The translations under genes were made by a program, and so were the position numbers. Source: the human T2T-CHM13v2.0 reference genome, Homo sapiens. Taken from it: a stretch of 64,000 nt of DNA. The stretch is from assembly GCF_009914755.1 (NCBI RefSeq), contig NC_060928.1; one strand, written 5' to 3'. This document shows, piece after piece, positions 1 to 11,469 of this stretch. The notes beneath the pieces were generated by a model. It ran no database searches. It had not been told where the DNA came from and saw only the letters and a program-made list of their open reading frames with translations. The first letter of the stretch is position 1, and every line of letters starts with the position of its first letter.

Positions 1-94
1 ATTCAATGGGTGTATACAAATATAAATAATTTATTATAATGTACACTTAAGACTCTTATTTTACTTTAACTTATAACTCAGTGAAACATATGTG

Positions 95-385
95 TTAATT
101 ACATTTTCTAATTTTCTATATTCTTGAAACTCTGGCACCCAGGGGCTTACTGACTGAGGAGAAACTTCCCCTCCCAGAGTTAGCCAATTCTTAAATATAG
201 TAAACTTTCATATGTATATAGAAAATCCAGTTCTCATACCCTGAACCACCTATTCCATCGGGCTTTTACACTCTAGGTGGCAATATTCAAACTTATCATT
301 GCAGAACCAGGTTCTAGATAGTCAGAGACCATTACTCTACCCCAGAGTCTGCTGATATTGCTCATACTCACCAATCCTACCTAAT
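95..385 (+). mobile_element. ERVL-class LTR fragment (MER77/MER68/MER21-like)
   Basis: Collinear resemblance to recalled LTR consensus: cccctcccagagttagccaattctta...atagtaaac, aaccacct...atcgggct, ccccagagtctgctga...ccaatccta. Confidence 0.6.
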
Positions 386-1437
386 ACATAAAAGAAAATA
401 TTTAACCAACCCCAGCATTCCCGGGTTTTGTGGATTTTGTTGGTTGTTTTGGGGCTCTTTCACTCTAATACATTGATAACCATATAGTATCACTCAATCC
501 CTTTGTTGTTTAGGATTTGGAACTCACCTTCCTGAGATTTCCTAGAGATTTGTCACAGGGTATTAGGAATGATTCCAGCAAGTGTTTTGAATGAGGTGAT
601 ATTATAAAGATAATCAAGATATTATCCAATTAGAAAGTAAACCCCCATCCAGGGGATCTACCTGTTGGAGAAAGTGTACAGGTAAATTAGATAGTAGTTG
701 GAATTTGTACTCCCAGCTCTTTCCAGATTTATGACATTGTTATATGCTTTGGAGAATAAACAGGAATTTCAGGCTGCATGCTGGAAGATAGCTTCTGCAA
801 CGAGGTCTAAGCTTCAATCCACTACTATGTATGTCCTTATTTAAAGGCATTATGAATAACTTCAACTTGGATTGCTCCCTCCTGAATAGCACATTTTACT
901 TTTCCTATGTTGTTTATGGGAGTACTCTATATCTGACTTCTATCATGGTTATGCATTGTCTTTTCTCATCTCATACAATATTAACATCCTTTAAGCCCAC
1001 AGACTTGATGCATTCATACAATTTTTAGCAGTTGACAACTATATGACAGTTCTGTGATAGTTACTAGGGAAGCAAAAAGAAATACATCATATCTGTCCTC
1101 AGATAACCTATTGAACAAATCTGCATTTTACTCATGGCTCTAGCTTCTTAAGTCCTTTGTATCTTGTCTTATGTACTATAAACATTCCATAAATTAGACA
1201 TCAAGTCTTTAGAGCCAGATGGAGCCTCAATGTTTCAGAATGTGCAATTTAAAGTCATCATACCTGAGTTTGGATCAGCTATCCAAAGATGAGTTTAGGA
1301 ACCACTCTAAAGTTCAGTACCCATTTTATATATTTTTACAAATATAAATGAAATATATCATATAAAGTTGTTAGCATTGTATATGGGATATAGCAGGTGC
1401 TCTACTAATATAAAGCTTTAATAACTATTATCTGGTT

Positions 1438-1641
1438 CAGGGGTTGCCAAACTCCTGTAAATACTTTTGGCTTTGTGGTCATATGGTCTTAGTGGCCACT
1501 ATTCAACTTTCACATTGAGGCACACAATAGCCATATGCAATACGTAAATAAATGAATGTGCCTGTGTTCTAAGAAAACTTTCCAAATGAATACAGGTGAC
1601 TAGCTGGCTTTGGGACGCGGACCATAGTTTTCTAACCTCTG
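1438..1641 (-). mobile_element. MER58A hAT-Charlie MITE
   Basis: Terminal inverted ends caggggttgccaaact ... agttttctaacctctg; body matches MER58A reverse complement; degenerate 8-bp TSD atctggtt/atatagtt. Confidence 0.8.
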
Positions 1642-2374
1642 ATATAGTTCATCTTTCCAAATTTATAGAAAGGAAAATTAAATCTGTGGCAGAAAAGTGA
1701 ATTATCCTGCTTGCCATATATATGCTTGTCTTATGAAAACAAATATATTTATACAATCTTTTCTGACAGTTGAGATGCTGATGGTCAAACTTACTTGGTT
1801 AAGTTTAACTAGGCTTAAAGAATTGGACCTAAAGCCTAAGGTAATATCAATATCATAATTATTTGCCTCTCAGATATAATGGACTTTTATTTCAAGACTT
1901 AAAAGACTAAGAAAACTAGATTGTACCAAGTAGCAAGGTATTAAGTTCAGTTTTCATTGACCACTGTCTTTAGTGTAGGACAGTCCAGGGTCTTCCAATT
2001 TTTCAGGCTAAATGTTACTATGCCTCATTTTATATTTCTCAAATATTACATGTTTCCTTCTCTTTTGATGTAAACATATTTTGTAACTTCTCGGCTTTGG
2101 CTGCAAGCAATAATTATAAAAAAGCCTTTATGAGAATAATAAGAAGAAATAAACATGGAGAAAATAACTTCACATTTTAAAAGAGGTCCACTCTGTACTT
2201 TTTCCACTGTCATGTTCATGGCAGACTGGTCATATGCATTTTGGTAATGACAGTTTTGTTCTTTTAAAAACTCCTCTTCAAACGTATATAACTAGTTTAC
2301 AGTGAAAATTACAAACAGACATACCTTGGTATATATGGTATTTAGGGGCAATAATTCCGGCATATGTAAAATGA

Positions 2375-2680
2375 TTTTTTTTTTTTTATAGGGTCTTGCT
2401 GTCAACCAGGCTGGAGTGCAGTGGCATGATTGCGGCTCACTACAGCTTCGACTTCCTTGGCTCAAGTGATCCTCCCACCTCAGCTTCCTGAGTAGTTGCA
2501 ATTACAGGAGTGTGCCACCACACACAGCTAATTTTATTTTTATTTTTGTATTTATACTTTTGTAGAGATGGGATTTCACTATTTTGCCTGGGCTGCTCTT
2601 GAACTCCTGGTCTTAAGAGATCCTCTCACCTCGGTCCCACAAAGTACTGGGACTACAGGCATAAGCCACTGTGCTCGGCC
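2375..2680 (-). mobile_element. Alu (AluJ-like)
   Basis: Poly-T then ccaggctggagtgcagtggcatgat...gggactacaggcataagccactgtgctcggcc. Confidence 0.95.
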
Positions 2681-2910
2681 AAAGCAATGGTCTTAATATT
2701 GACACATTTTGTCCAGATGTTTTATTTTTCCCCTGAAGATATAAAACAATGTCAGGTTCTATTAAGAGTCAAGGTAAAAAAAAAAACAACTGTGTATGCA
2801 ATATTAACTTTTTAAAGAGGGATGTGTGTGTGTGTGTAGAGAGGAATTGAGAAATTTGTAAGAGTGGTTTGTCTCTCACAAGGCAAACAAAGAAACAGGC
2901 TCAGAGAAAC

Positions 2911-3576
2911 TCTTTTTTAATTTTAATTTTAATTTTATTTTACTTTAAGTTCTGGGATACACGTGCTGAACATGCAGGTTTGTTACACAGGTATCCCTGT
3001 GCCATGGTGGTTTGTTGCATTTATCAACCCGTCATCTAGGTTTTAAGCCCTGCATGCATTAGGTATTAGTCCTAATGCTCTCCCTCCCCTTGCTCCTCAC
3101 CCCCCTGGAGACCCCAGTGTGTGATGGTCCCCTCCCTGTGTCCCTGTGTTCTCATTGTTCAGCTCCCACTTATGAGTGAGAACATGTGGTGTTTGGTTTT
3201 CTGTTCCTGTGTTAGTTTGCTGAGGATGATGGTTTCCAGCTTTGTCCATGTCCCTGCAAAGGACATGAACTCGTTCTTTTTAATGACTGCAGTGTTCCAT
3301 GGTGTATATGTGCCATATTTTCTTTATCCAGTCTATCATTGATGGACATTTGGGTTGGTTCCAAGTCTTTGCTATTGTAAATAGTGCTGCAATAAATATA
3401 TGTGTGCATGTGTCTTTATAGTAGAATGATTAATAATCCTTTGGGTATATACCCAGTAATGGGATTGCTGGGTGAAATGGTATTTCTGGTTCTAGATCTT
3501 TGAGGAATTGCCAGACTGTCTTCCACAATGGTTGAACTAATTTATACTCTCACCAACAGTGTAAAAGTGTTCCTAT
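2911..3576 (-). mobile_element. L1PA 3' end (L1PA7-10-like), 5'-truncated
   Basis: L1 3'UTR/ORF2 end in antisense; 10-bp TSD tcagagaaac at 2901-2910 and 3577-3586. Confidence 0.95.
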
Positions 3577-3689
3577 TCAGAGAAACATTTTCACCTGATT
3601 ACCCTTTTACAATTTTTAACTGTTACATTGATGTATAAATAATGTATTCAAAAATTATATTTAAAAAACCATGCCCACACCCCAGTGCC

Positions 3690-3808
3690 TAAGACTCAGC
3701 TCAGTCCTACTGATTGTACTGATTGCAATCTTTGAGGATTGGATCCAGGCTTTTGAAATTTTAAACTACCCAGATCATTCTGATTATCGTGTGCATTTAG
3801 TAACCACT
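3690..3808. mobile_element. MER5A-like DNA transposon fragment
   Basis: cctactga...aatctttgagg...ccaggc...tttaaactacccagatcattctgat...taaccact. Confidence 0.55.
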
Positions 3809-4699
3809 CATCTACACCACTCACTTGGTTCTTATTTTCTAGTATTAAAGAGAATATACATTTTAACCCCATAATAGGAAGAGCATACAAGAAGTTGTTC
3901 TCCTATTTTATTTTTCTTATAATTCCCAGCTCAGAGGGAGTATCTAATAAATATTTGTCAATGAGATTAATGCAGAAGAATAATTTCCATTCCTTTAATG
4001 CATTTAATCCCAATGTGAAAGAATTTTTTTAAAAATACGTTGAACATAACAAATTATGAGACTTAAAAATGACCACTTTCAATACGGGAAGGACAAATGT
4101 CAACAATTGCTAACTTTAATATCCTCTCACCAAAGGCCATTGGTATAACCAGTCTGTAAAGGCAAGTAGTCAAGCACAAAGCTAAGACTGTAGGACTTAG
4201 GGATGTGCCGGGCTTCAAATTTGAAATGAATGAGTAGAAGGAGCACCTAAAGGAAAGTGTGTGTAAATAGCAGGTTCCAGAGAAGCCCCATTTGTTATAG
4301 AAAGCACACAAAACCCTTTCCTCATAAGGTACAGTATTGTCTTCCTATTTAGGGTGACATCTGTGGCATTCCCATAGCAGCTCCCAACTTTCTCATCTAC
4401 CATGAGTCTTATGTTAGTTAAACTGTTTATAAAGACTGCCGATGTAATTGTTAAGGCTGTGTGGTCACCAAAGAACAGCTGATGTCCATCCATTTTTCTT
4501 CTTCCAGATGCAATGAAACAATACATTCCTGTTCTATCCTTGAAACCATTTGGGAATTCGAAGAAATTTTTTGGTGGGCTTTCAAAGTCCCCCAGGATCC
4601 CAGTGCTGTCATACACTTTGAAGATGACCCTCTTTTTATTCCCAATGATTAACCACCTTATTTAAAGAATAAATATTCTTTATTTCATTTAGTTCAGTT

Positions 4700-6472
4700 A
4701 TGTAGGTGAGCACTTCTCTGAGGCTCTATTTGAAAATGTTTTAGTTGAACTTAATTTGCGATGGATATTTTTATAGAATATATGATTCTCTATATGGGTA
4801 TTTTTATAGAATATATTTTCTATATTTTTCTATATATAATTCTATATTTTTATAGAATTTTAGTAGAATATATGATTCAAATATGAACACTATTTCTCTT
4901 TCGAAACCTTGAAAATGTCATTAACTTCTTGGCTGGCTTTTGTAACATCAGTGGATAAATGCCAATCTCATTCTTGCTCCTTTGAAAGTGATGTACTTCT
5001 ATTACCTTTGCTTATTTAAAAATTTTTAAATGATTTGGTATTTCACAGCTTGAAAATGATATGTCTACATGCTGTTTTTAAATTACTATAATTATATATT
5101 TTCTCTTTCTCTCTCTCTATATATATTATATTGTAAATGGTATTTTAAATTTTCATTTTTCAGTAGTTTGTTGCTAGTATATAGAAATAAAAGTTTTTTA
5201 TACTGACCTTGTAAACTGCAACCATTGTTCAATTTACTTACTTGTTCTAGGAGTCATTTAGGGCTTTCTATTTGAGAATAAACACAAGTTTTGCTTGTTC
5301 TTTATCATCTATGTGCCTTTAAAAAATTTTTGCCTTACTGCATTAAGACCTCCAGTACCATGTAGACTAGAAGTTATGAGAGGACACTAATCATTTTTTC
5401 TTATTTTGGGGGGAAAGTGTTTATTTCCCTAATGAGAATTATGGTAGTTGTAGTTTTTCCATAGATGCTCTTTATTAGTTAATTTTTTTTGTTTGTTCTC
5501 AAAATGCTGACAGTGTTTATCATACATTGGAGTTATTTTTATCAAATGCTTACTTTGTATCTATTGAAATAATTTATTCTGTTTTCTCTCTTTATTGCCA
5601 ATATGATAAACTGCATTAGTTTCCACATACATAAATCTTCCATTCTTGATAAATCTCTCTTGATCATGATATTTTACTAAGTAAATAATATGTAAAATAT
5701 TTATAGAGTATATATATTACTGTGTTCAATTTGTTAATGTCTTTGTGTCTCTGAATGTTGGATTTTGTTCCGTAAGTAGCTAAGTTACATGTGAGTGGAT
5801 TAGGTTGAGTTTTTTGAGTTTATTTTAAATTATTAGGATTTATCTAGCATACTGTTTATTCTAGGGTTAATTTAGCCTTACTACTGAGGTGTAACCATTC
5901 TGAAGGCTCTACTAAATATGTCAGAGTCTAACAACATCTATCCATTTTTACTAGATAGAATGTAAACATTTTCTAGCCCGCTGTGAACCCTGAGAACCAT
6001 TTAATTATTAGCACCTCAGTCATTTTTTTTTCCAGCCTCATTTAGTCTTTCCCTATGCACATATGTGTAGCTTTGTATTTAGAAATAGACTTGATGGATA
6101 CTTTAGATTACTGGGAACTCTTTCTCTTCATAGTTTCCTCCTCTTTGCCACTCTTCTGCAAATCGAGTTAACTCAATCTGTCCAAGTGCCTGTCCTTGTT
6201 TCTTCATCTGTGTGAGGTCTCTATGCTCTGTTTGGATTGTTCCTCCTTATTCTACAGCACTGAAAGTATCTTCAGGCAGAAAGCCAGGGTAATTGTAGGG
6301 CTTACCTCCCTCACTTCCCATCTCTAAGAAATCACATTTCTGTGTTCCTTCTTCTTCAGTGTCTAAAAATGTTTCTTTTAAATTTTCTTGTATTTATTAA
6401 GTTTGATGACAACAGTGGAAGGATAGAAAATGCATTATCAGTTTATCTCCTATGACTGGGAATGGAAGTCTA
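4700..6472 (-). mobile_element. Old L1M fragments (ORF2 and 5' region)
   Basis: T-rich antisense L1 motifs such as ttgctagtatatagaaata...tactgaccttgta, agacctccagtaccatgt, ttttccatagatgctctttatt. Confidence 0.7.
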
Positions 6473-6492
6473 ATTTTTTTAATCTAGTAGAT

Positions 6493-7800
6493 TTATATTA
6501 ATTTGAAAAGATGCTCTTCAGTGTGATGGTTCTGGAAAAATCTTTGTATTAAAAGACAACATCCAAACCAAAAAAAATAATAATAATAATTTCCTGCCAC
6601 ATCTGAGTCCTGCCAATGCACCCTGGTGTATGTTTCTGGAATTCTCAGCATTGGTTCAAGTAAACACTGAACTCTATGTCTCACAGATATTTTTGATATT
6701 ATTTCTAATACCAGCTTATGCTCAAGATTGAGTAAAACTCCATTGTTTCCCTTACTTTTTGGATTGAGATGTACAATTCCACAAAGCTGTTGCTTGACTC
6801 CATAAAGATCCAAGCTTTCATTAGAGTTCTAAATAAGAAACTTATCAAGGGCTCTTGCTTTACTCAGTAGTGCTTTTTAAAAATCATATCTCAGAATGAT
6901 AATCTGTATCTGCCCGAGGAGAGGCTTTTCTAGTTGAAACTGATCTCAACCAGAACTGGGCACATTGAAATCTCACAGTGGGCCAATAATGATTATTCTA
7001 ACATGTATGATGATGCTTTGGGGGTTTAGTTAAGCTGCTGATGCTGTTGATTTAGTTGGGAGTCCATATTATGCCCTCAGATCCTTGAATACTCTGGAAT
7101 ATAGTCAGGGGCTTTGTATTTGTGTAAAAGGAAAGTTATGTCTGTGTGTCATATCATTTACCATCAACTACAAATATACATTAATACTCTGCTTCAACCT
7201 GGCTACCAGGAGAATATGATTCTTCTCTGGTATTCAGTGAAATAATTTACAAAGGCAATGTTGCTTTGTTTGTACAGTATGTGCTATTACATATCAGACA
7301 TAAAGCTACCAGAAATGTTCTGTTCTACTCAGGACTTCAGTATGAATTGCCATTGTTCTGATTTTCAGGCTGGTGTTATTTTGCTTTTGGGAAAAAAATA
7401 AATATCAAATAAATATGTTATAACTTTTCACACTTTTTCTAACTTACTCATTTTCTTGAAATGATAGACAATGTCCATCCAGAGTAGTCCAGTTGACAGT
7501 GGGTTCTATATTTTGATGTCGTATGTACATAGTGCAGTTGAGTTGTTCCATCAGAGAAACCTCCAGACAATCTTCATTAATGAGCTAAAAACACATCTGA
7601 AAAGATTGTAAATAAACAATTACTTCATATTTATTTATTCTTTAGGGCAGTCATCATAGTAATGTTGGTAACAATGGATACCCACCTTGAAGCATCAGTT
7701 CCTTTTGCCATAAATTCCTCTTTGCTTCATTGAGGGTTCTTTTGAGGCCCTATTATTAATGCTCAGGAGAGGCATTTCTCAATTTTCATCTGGCGCCATG
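6493..7800 (-). pseudogene. Putative unprocessed TNF-superfamily ligand pseudogene (CD30L/TNFSF8-like TNF homology domain)
   Basis: Kozak AGCATGG (ATG 7799-7797); donor GA|GTAAGT at 7448/7447; acceptor tttcttatttAG| at 6829/6828 with matching phase 2; disrupted translation gives N-terminus and hydrophobic segment, then VNW..DG..L.FQENETL, LGSLWSQAT..WNC, NNGVLLNLE, IKNICET, RNIHQGALAGLRCGRKL, FNTKIFP, SIF/FKLI-stop. Confidence 0.55.
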
Positions 7801-8619
7801 CTGCAATATCAGAAAACAGTGTAATCAAGCTAAACCTTTACTCTCTCATTTAGTTTATTCAAGCTACTTTTCAAATATTTGATAAGTGTAACCTCTCTCC
7901 ATTTCTTGAGCATTAAGGTCAGCAAACCCAGCTTGGTCATATGGAGGTGTCCATGGGAGGAGGTAGAAGGTACCAAGGCTTCAGAATCAACCCCAGGGTG
8001 TTGGCTGCCATTATATGTTGCCTATTAACATCTTTTGTGCTGCCCCACTTACACATCCCCAAATTTACAATTTATACTCAGCAAACTTTATTAAACAGCA
8101 CTTTCTTTCCTACTTTTCTGATATCAAAGTTGATTGAATTTCGGCATACATGTGGAAGACTGAGCCTATGAGAAACTAATAATTATGAGATACTTGGCAA
8201 TAATGAAATAATTGTGGTCATAAAAAACTTTGTGTTACCAATCTTACCAATCACTTTCTTTGTCTTTGATGAAGACAAGGAAAGGCAGTGGTGACAGATT
8301 TTCAGATTTGTAACGATATGAATTTTCATTCAGAAATTGCAACATAAACATTTTCATAAAAATGTCTTGAACATCAAGCTACTAACAACTAATGTTTAAC
8401 GTAAGCTAAGAGATTTACAATGCTTTAATCATTAAGCCGTGACATTTTATCCATGATACTGATTTTTTAATAAAATATACTTTGATACTAATTTAGCTAC
8501 CCTAGCCTTTTAAACATTGAATATTTGTCATGTTTAACATTTTGGTTCCATTTATCTTTAATAACTCTAAGTTTGGTGCTCTCAATTGTTTTTCAGCTTA
8601 TTTTCTTGTGTTTCCTATG

Positions 8620-10090
8620 TGTGCAATGATATCATTGTCTAATAATGTCAATTTTATTTTTTTCCTGTTCACATGTAACATTTAATTTATATCCTTTATC
8701 TAGTTTTATAGCTGGTCTCTCTAGAATAATGTTAAATTGAATTAGTAATATTGAATTTCTTTGACTTTAGTGGGGAAGTTCCAAATGTTTTCTCCTGAAC
8801 CATGGTGTTTACTTTAGTGTTGAGTGAGATATTTCTCTAATTTTTAATTTTTAATATTTGTTGAAATTTTCTAATTACTTTCAAACCTCAGTGAAGTTGA
8901 TCAAAATATTTTCCTTTAGATCTATTAATGTAAATGCTTAAACAGATTTCATAATATTAAAACATACTTATTACTAGGTTACACCTAAAATATAAAATAT
9001 TTTTACTCTTTTATGTGTTTCTGGACACTGTTTGATAAATTTAGTTTGGTAATTTTAATATAGATACTTATAAATAATATTGTTCTATAGTTTTTCTTTT
9101 CCCTTTGGTGTGGTCTTTGAGTATAAAATCAATGTTATTCTTGCCTGCTAAAAGTAATTTGGATTTTTAATTTTTTTATATTTTGGAAAAGTTTGTAATT
9201 GGAATTACATGTTCTTTAAATGTTTTATAGAATGCCTACATGAGATAGTCTAGGCTTATATCCTCTCTCTGTCTCTGTTTCTTTTTCCCTCTCTTGTTCT
9301 TATTTTCTTCCTTCCTCACTCCCCTCTTCAGACAACATTTTTTCTATGTTGAGTGTTTCATTTTGACTTTTTCTGTCTTCTGATATAAAGTTTGATTAAA
9401 TGCACTTTTCAGGAAAATTATACGTTTCATTCAAGCATCAAATTCATTTAAATATATTCTGAAAATAGTGTTTTTATGTTTTATTTAATTTTTAAAAATT
9501 TTAATTTTCACCCTTATCTTTTATTTATATATTTGGTTTTCTTCTTTTCTTTCTTAGTTACTTAGCAAATGACTTGTTATTTTAATTATTTGTAATGTGG
9601 ACCTTGCTAATGATTAGTTTATCATTTTTCCTAAGAAACCTATCTTTAATTCCATGTTTATTAATCTTCTTTCCTATTTACTCAGTTTTATACTCTTCAT
9701 TTTTAACTTTTGGGATTGGATGACAAATAAATCATTAATTTTAATGAAAGGAAGTGTTTAAGACTAATGATTTTCTCTGAGCCCTGTTTTAGGTGTTACT
9801 AATATGTTTTTCAGTAGTGTATTATTATTATTTTCATAAAAAAATCCTGTACATACAGCTACTAACCCCAAAGTATGCAATTTTGATTTTGATTTCTCTT
9901 TAACTAAAATTTTGTTTAAGAGGGTGTTCTGTTTACTTAGCTTAAAATATTCAGGCAAAAAAAGCTTTTCATTAGTTTGGTTTTTGGTTTATTGTTAATT
10001 TCTAGCATCACTTCATTGAGGTCAGTAACCGATTATTTTCCTGTTTGTACTTCCTGAAAGGTAGTCTTTGTAATTTAAATTTTTCGTCCT
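8620..10090 (-). mobile_element. Old L1M (L1MC/L1ME-like) fragment
   Basis: Degenerate antisense L1 ORF2 motifs (tctagaataatgttaaat, ttggaattacatgttctttaaatgttttatagaat). Confidence 0.65.
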
Positions 10091-10098
10091 TTTAATTA

Positions 10099-10444
10099 TG
10101 TCTTGTTCCATTTGGGCTGCTATAACAGATACCATACAGTGGATAGCTTATAAATAACAGAAATAATATTTCTCATGTTTGTGGAGATTGGAAAGTCCAA
10201 GAGTGGCAGATTTGGTGTCTGGTGAGGGCTACTTCCTGGTTCACAGATGGCCATCTTCTCACTGTGTCCTCACATGGTGGAAGCTGTCTGGAGTCTGTTT
10301 TATGAGGTCACATATTCCATTCATGAGGGATTCATCCTCATGACCCAATCACCTCGTAGAGGCCCCCTCTTCTAATATCATCACATTGATGATTAGGTTT
10401 CAACACAGAAATTTTTGGAGGATGCAAACATTCATAGCATAGAA
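10099..10444 (-). mobile_element. MLT1A0-like MaLR solo LTR
   Basis: tgtcttgttccatttgggctgctataacagataccata...gcagatttggtgtctggtgagggc...cctcacatggtggaag...caaacattca. Confidence 0.85.
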
Positions 10445-11469
10445 TATCATAAAGTGAATGACAACAAAACTTATTGATAACAGAGATATATTTTAATAAG
10501 AAACTTCCAATGCCATTATAGTTTGGGTAGAATCTTTGACTTTTACATTTCTGTATGCTAAATGTTGGTATTTGTGGTGGTAATATAGTGGGCATAGGCA
10601 TATATAATAATTTAAAACACAATATCTTTTGAAATCTAATACTTGCTAAATAAGTAAAAATATGTTTCATTCAAAATGGACATTTATTATTAATTTTAAA
10701 TATTAAAAATATTCTCACCTAAACTGTTTATCAATAATTTAAAAAACCATTTGTAATCTATTTACAATTTGGTGTAATCAGCTCTTTAACATCTGTCTTC
10801 CCATGAGAGAAGGAATTATGTTAGTTTAGTTCTCCTAACTATCCATGAGCACATCTTGGCATAAGTCAGAGACATCTGTTAAATGCAGAATGAAGCATGT
10901 CCTTTCCTGTACTTCCAGAGGTGAAGTAATCTGTAATTACCGTTCTTTACCTCATTTTTTTTCCTCCCCTTCCCCCGCCCCTCAGACTGCTCCTTCCTAT
11001 GCATCTATTATCCATACTCTTTCACCCAACAACTTTTTTTTTTTTCAGGAAATTTGTGTTACTTCATGTGGCCAAGCTCACCTTTGGACCCTCACTTGAC
11101 ATAATTACTCATAGTGCTCTCTTCTCCATCAGAGTTCTGGACTCCAGTCAAAGGGAAATGGAGTCCCAGAAGGGATGGGAGGTTGGGAGGGGAGAAGGAA
11201 ATGAGCCTGACGCCCCAGCGCTGCCTCTCCCAGCCTCCTACACAGCAGATTTCACTCCACTCGGTGATGTGCTCCAGACATCAGGAGAATATCAGGGTGA
11301 CTCATGCATGCAGGGAAAAAGGAGTTCTCACTAGGGTGGCTTTCTACTGCTTCTTAGATTCTTCTAGGTGGCCCTCCAGAAATCTGGCTTCCATCGCAAA
11401 GGCTTCTAATTGTTATCTCACTCAAGACTCAGAATACCTCTGTGTTAGTTATCTTTATATATTAACTAT

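Noticed and set aside
6493-6813. 106-aa ORF MDLYGVKQQL... as an intact gene
   Set aside because: It has a non-ATG start, and the TNF-like motifs are spread over several frames, so this single frame is not a coherent protein.
6756-6828. Short 73-nt exon ending at AAA|GTAAGG (6755)
   Set aside because: It is possible in a non-coding transcript, but the TNF-like motifs continue past this donor, so the longer terminal exon is preferred.
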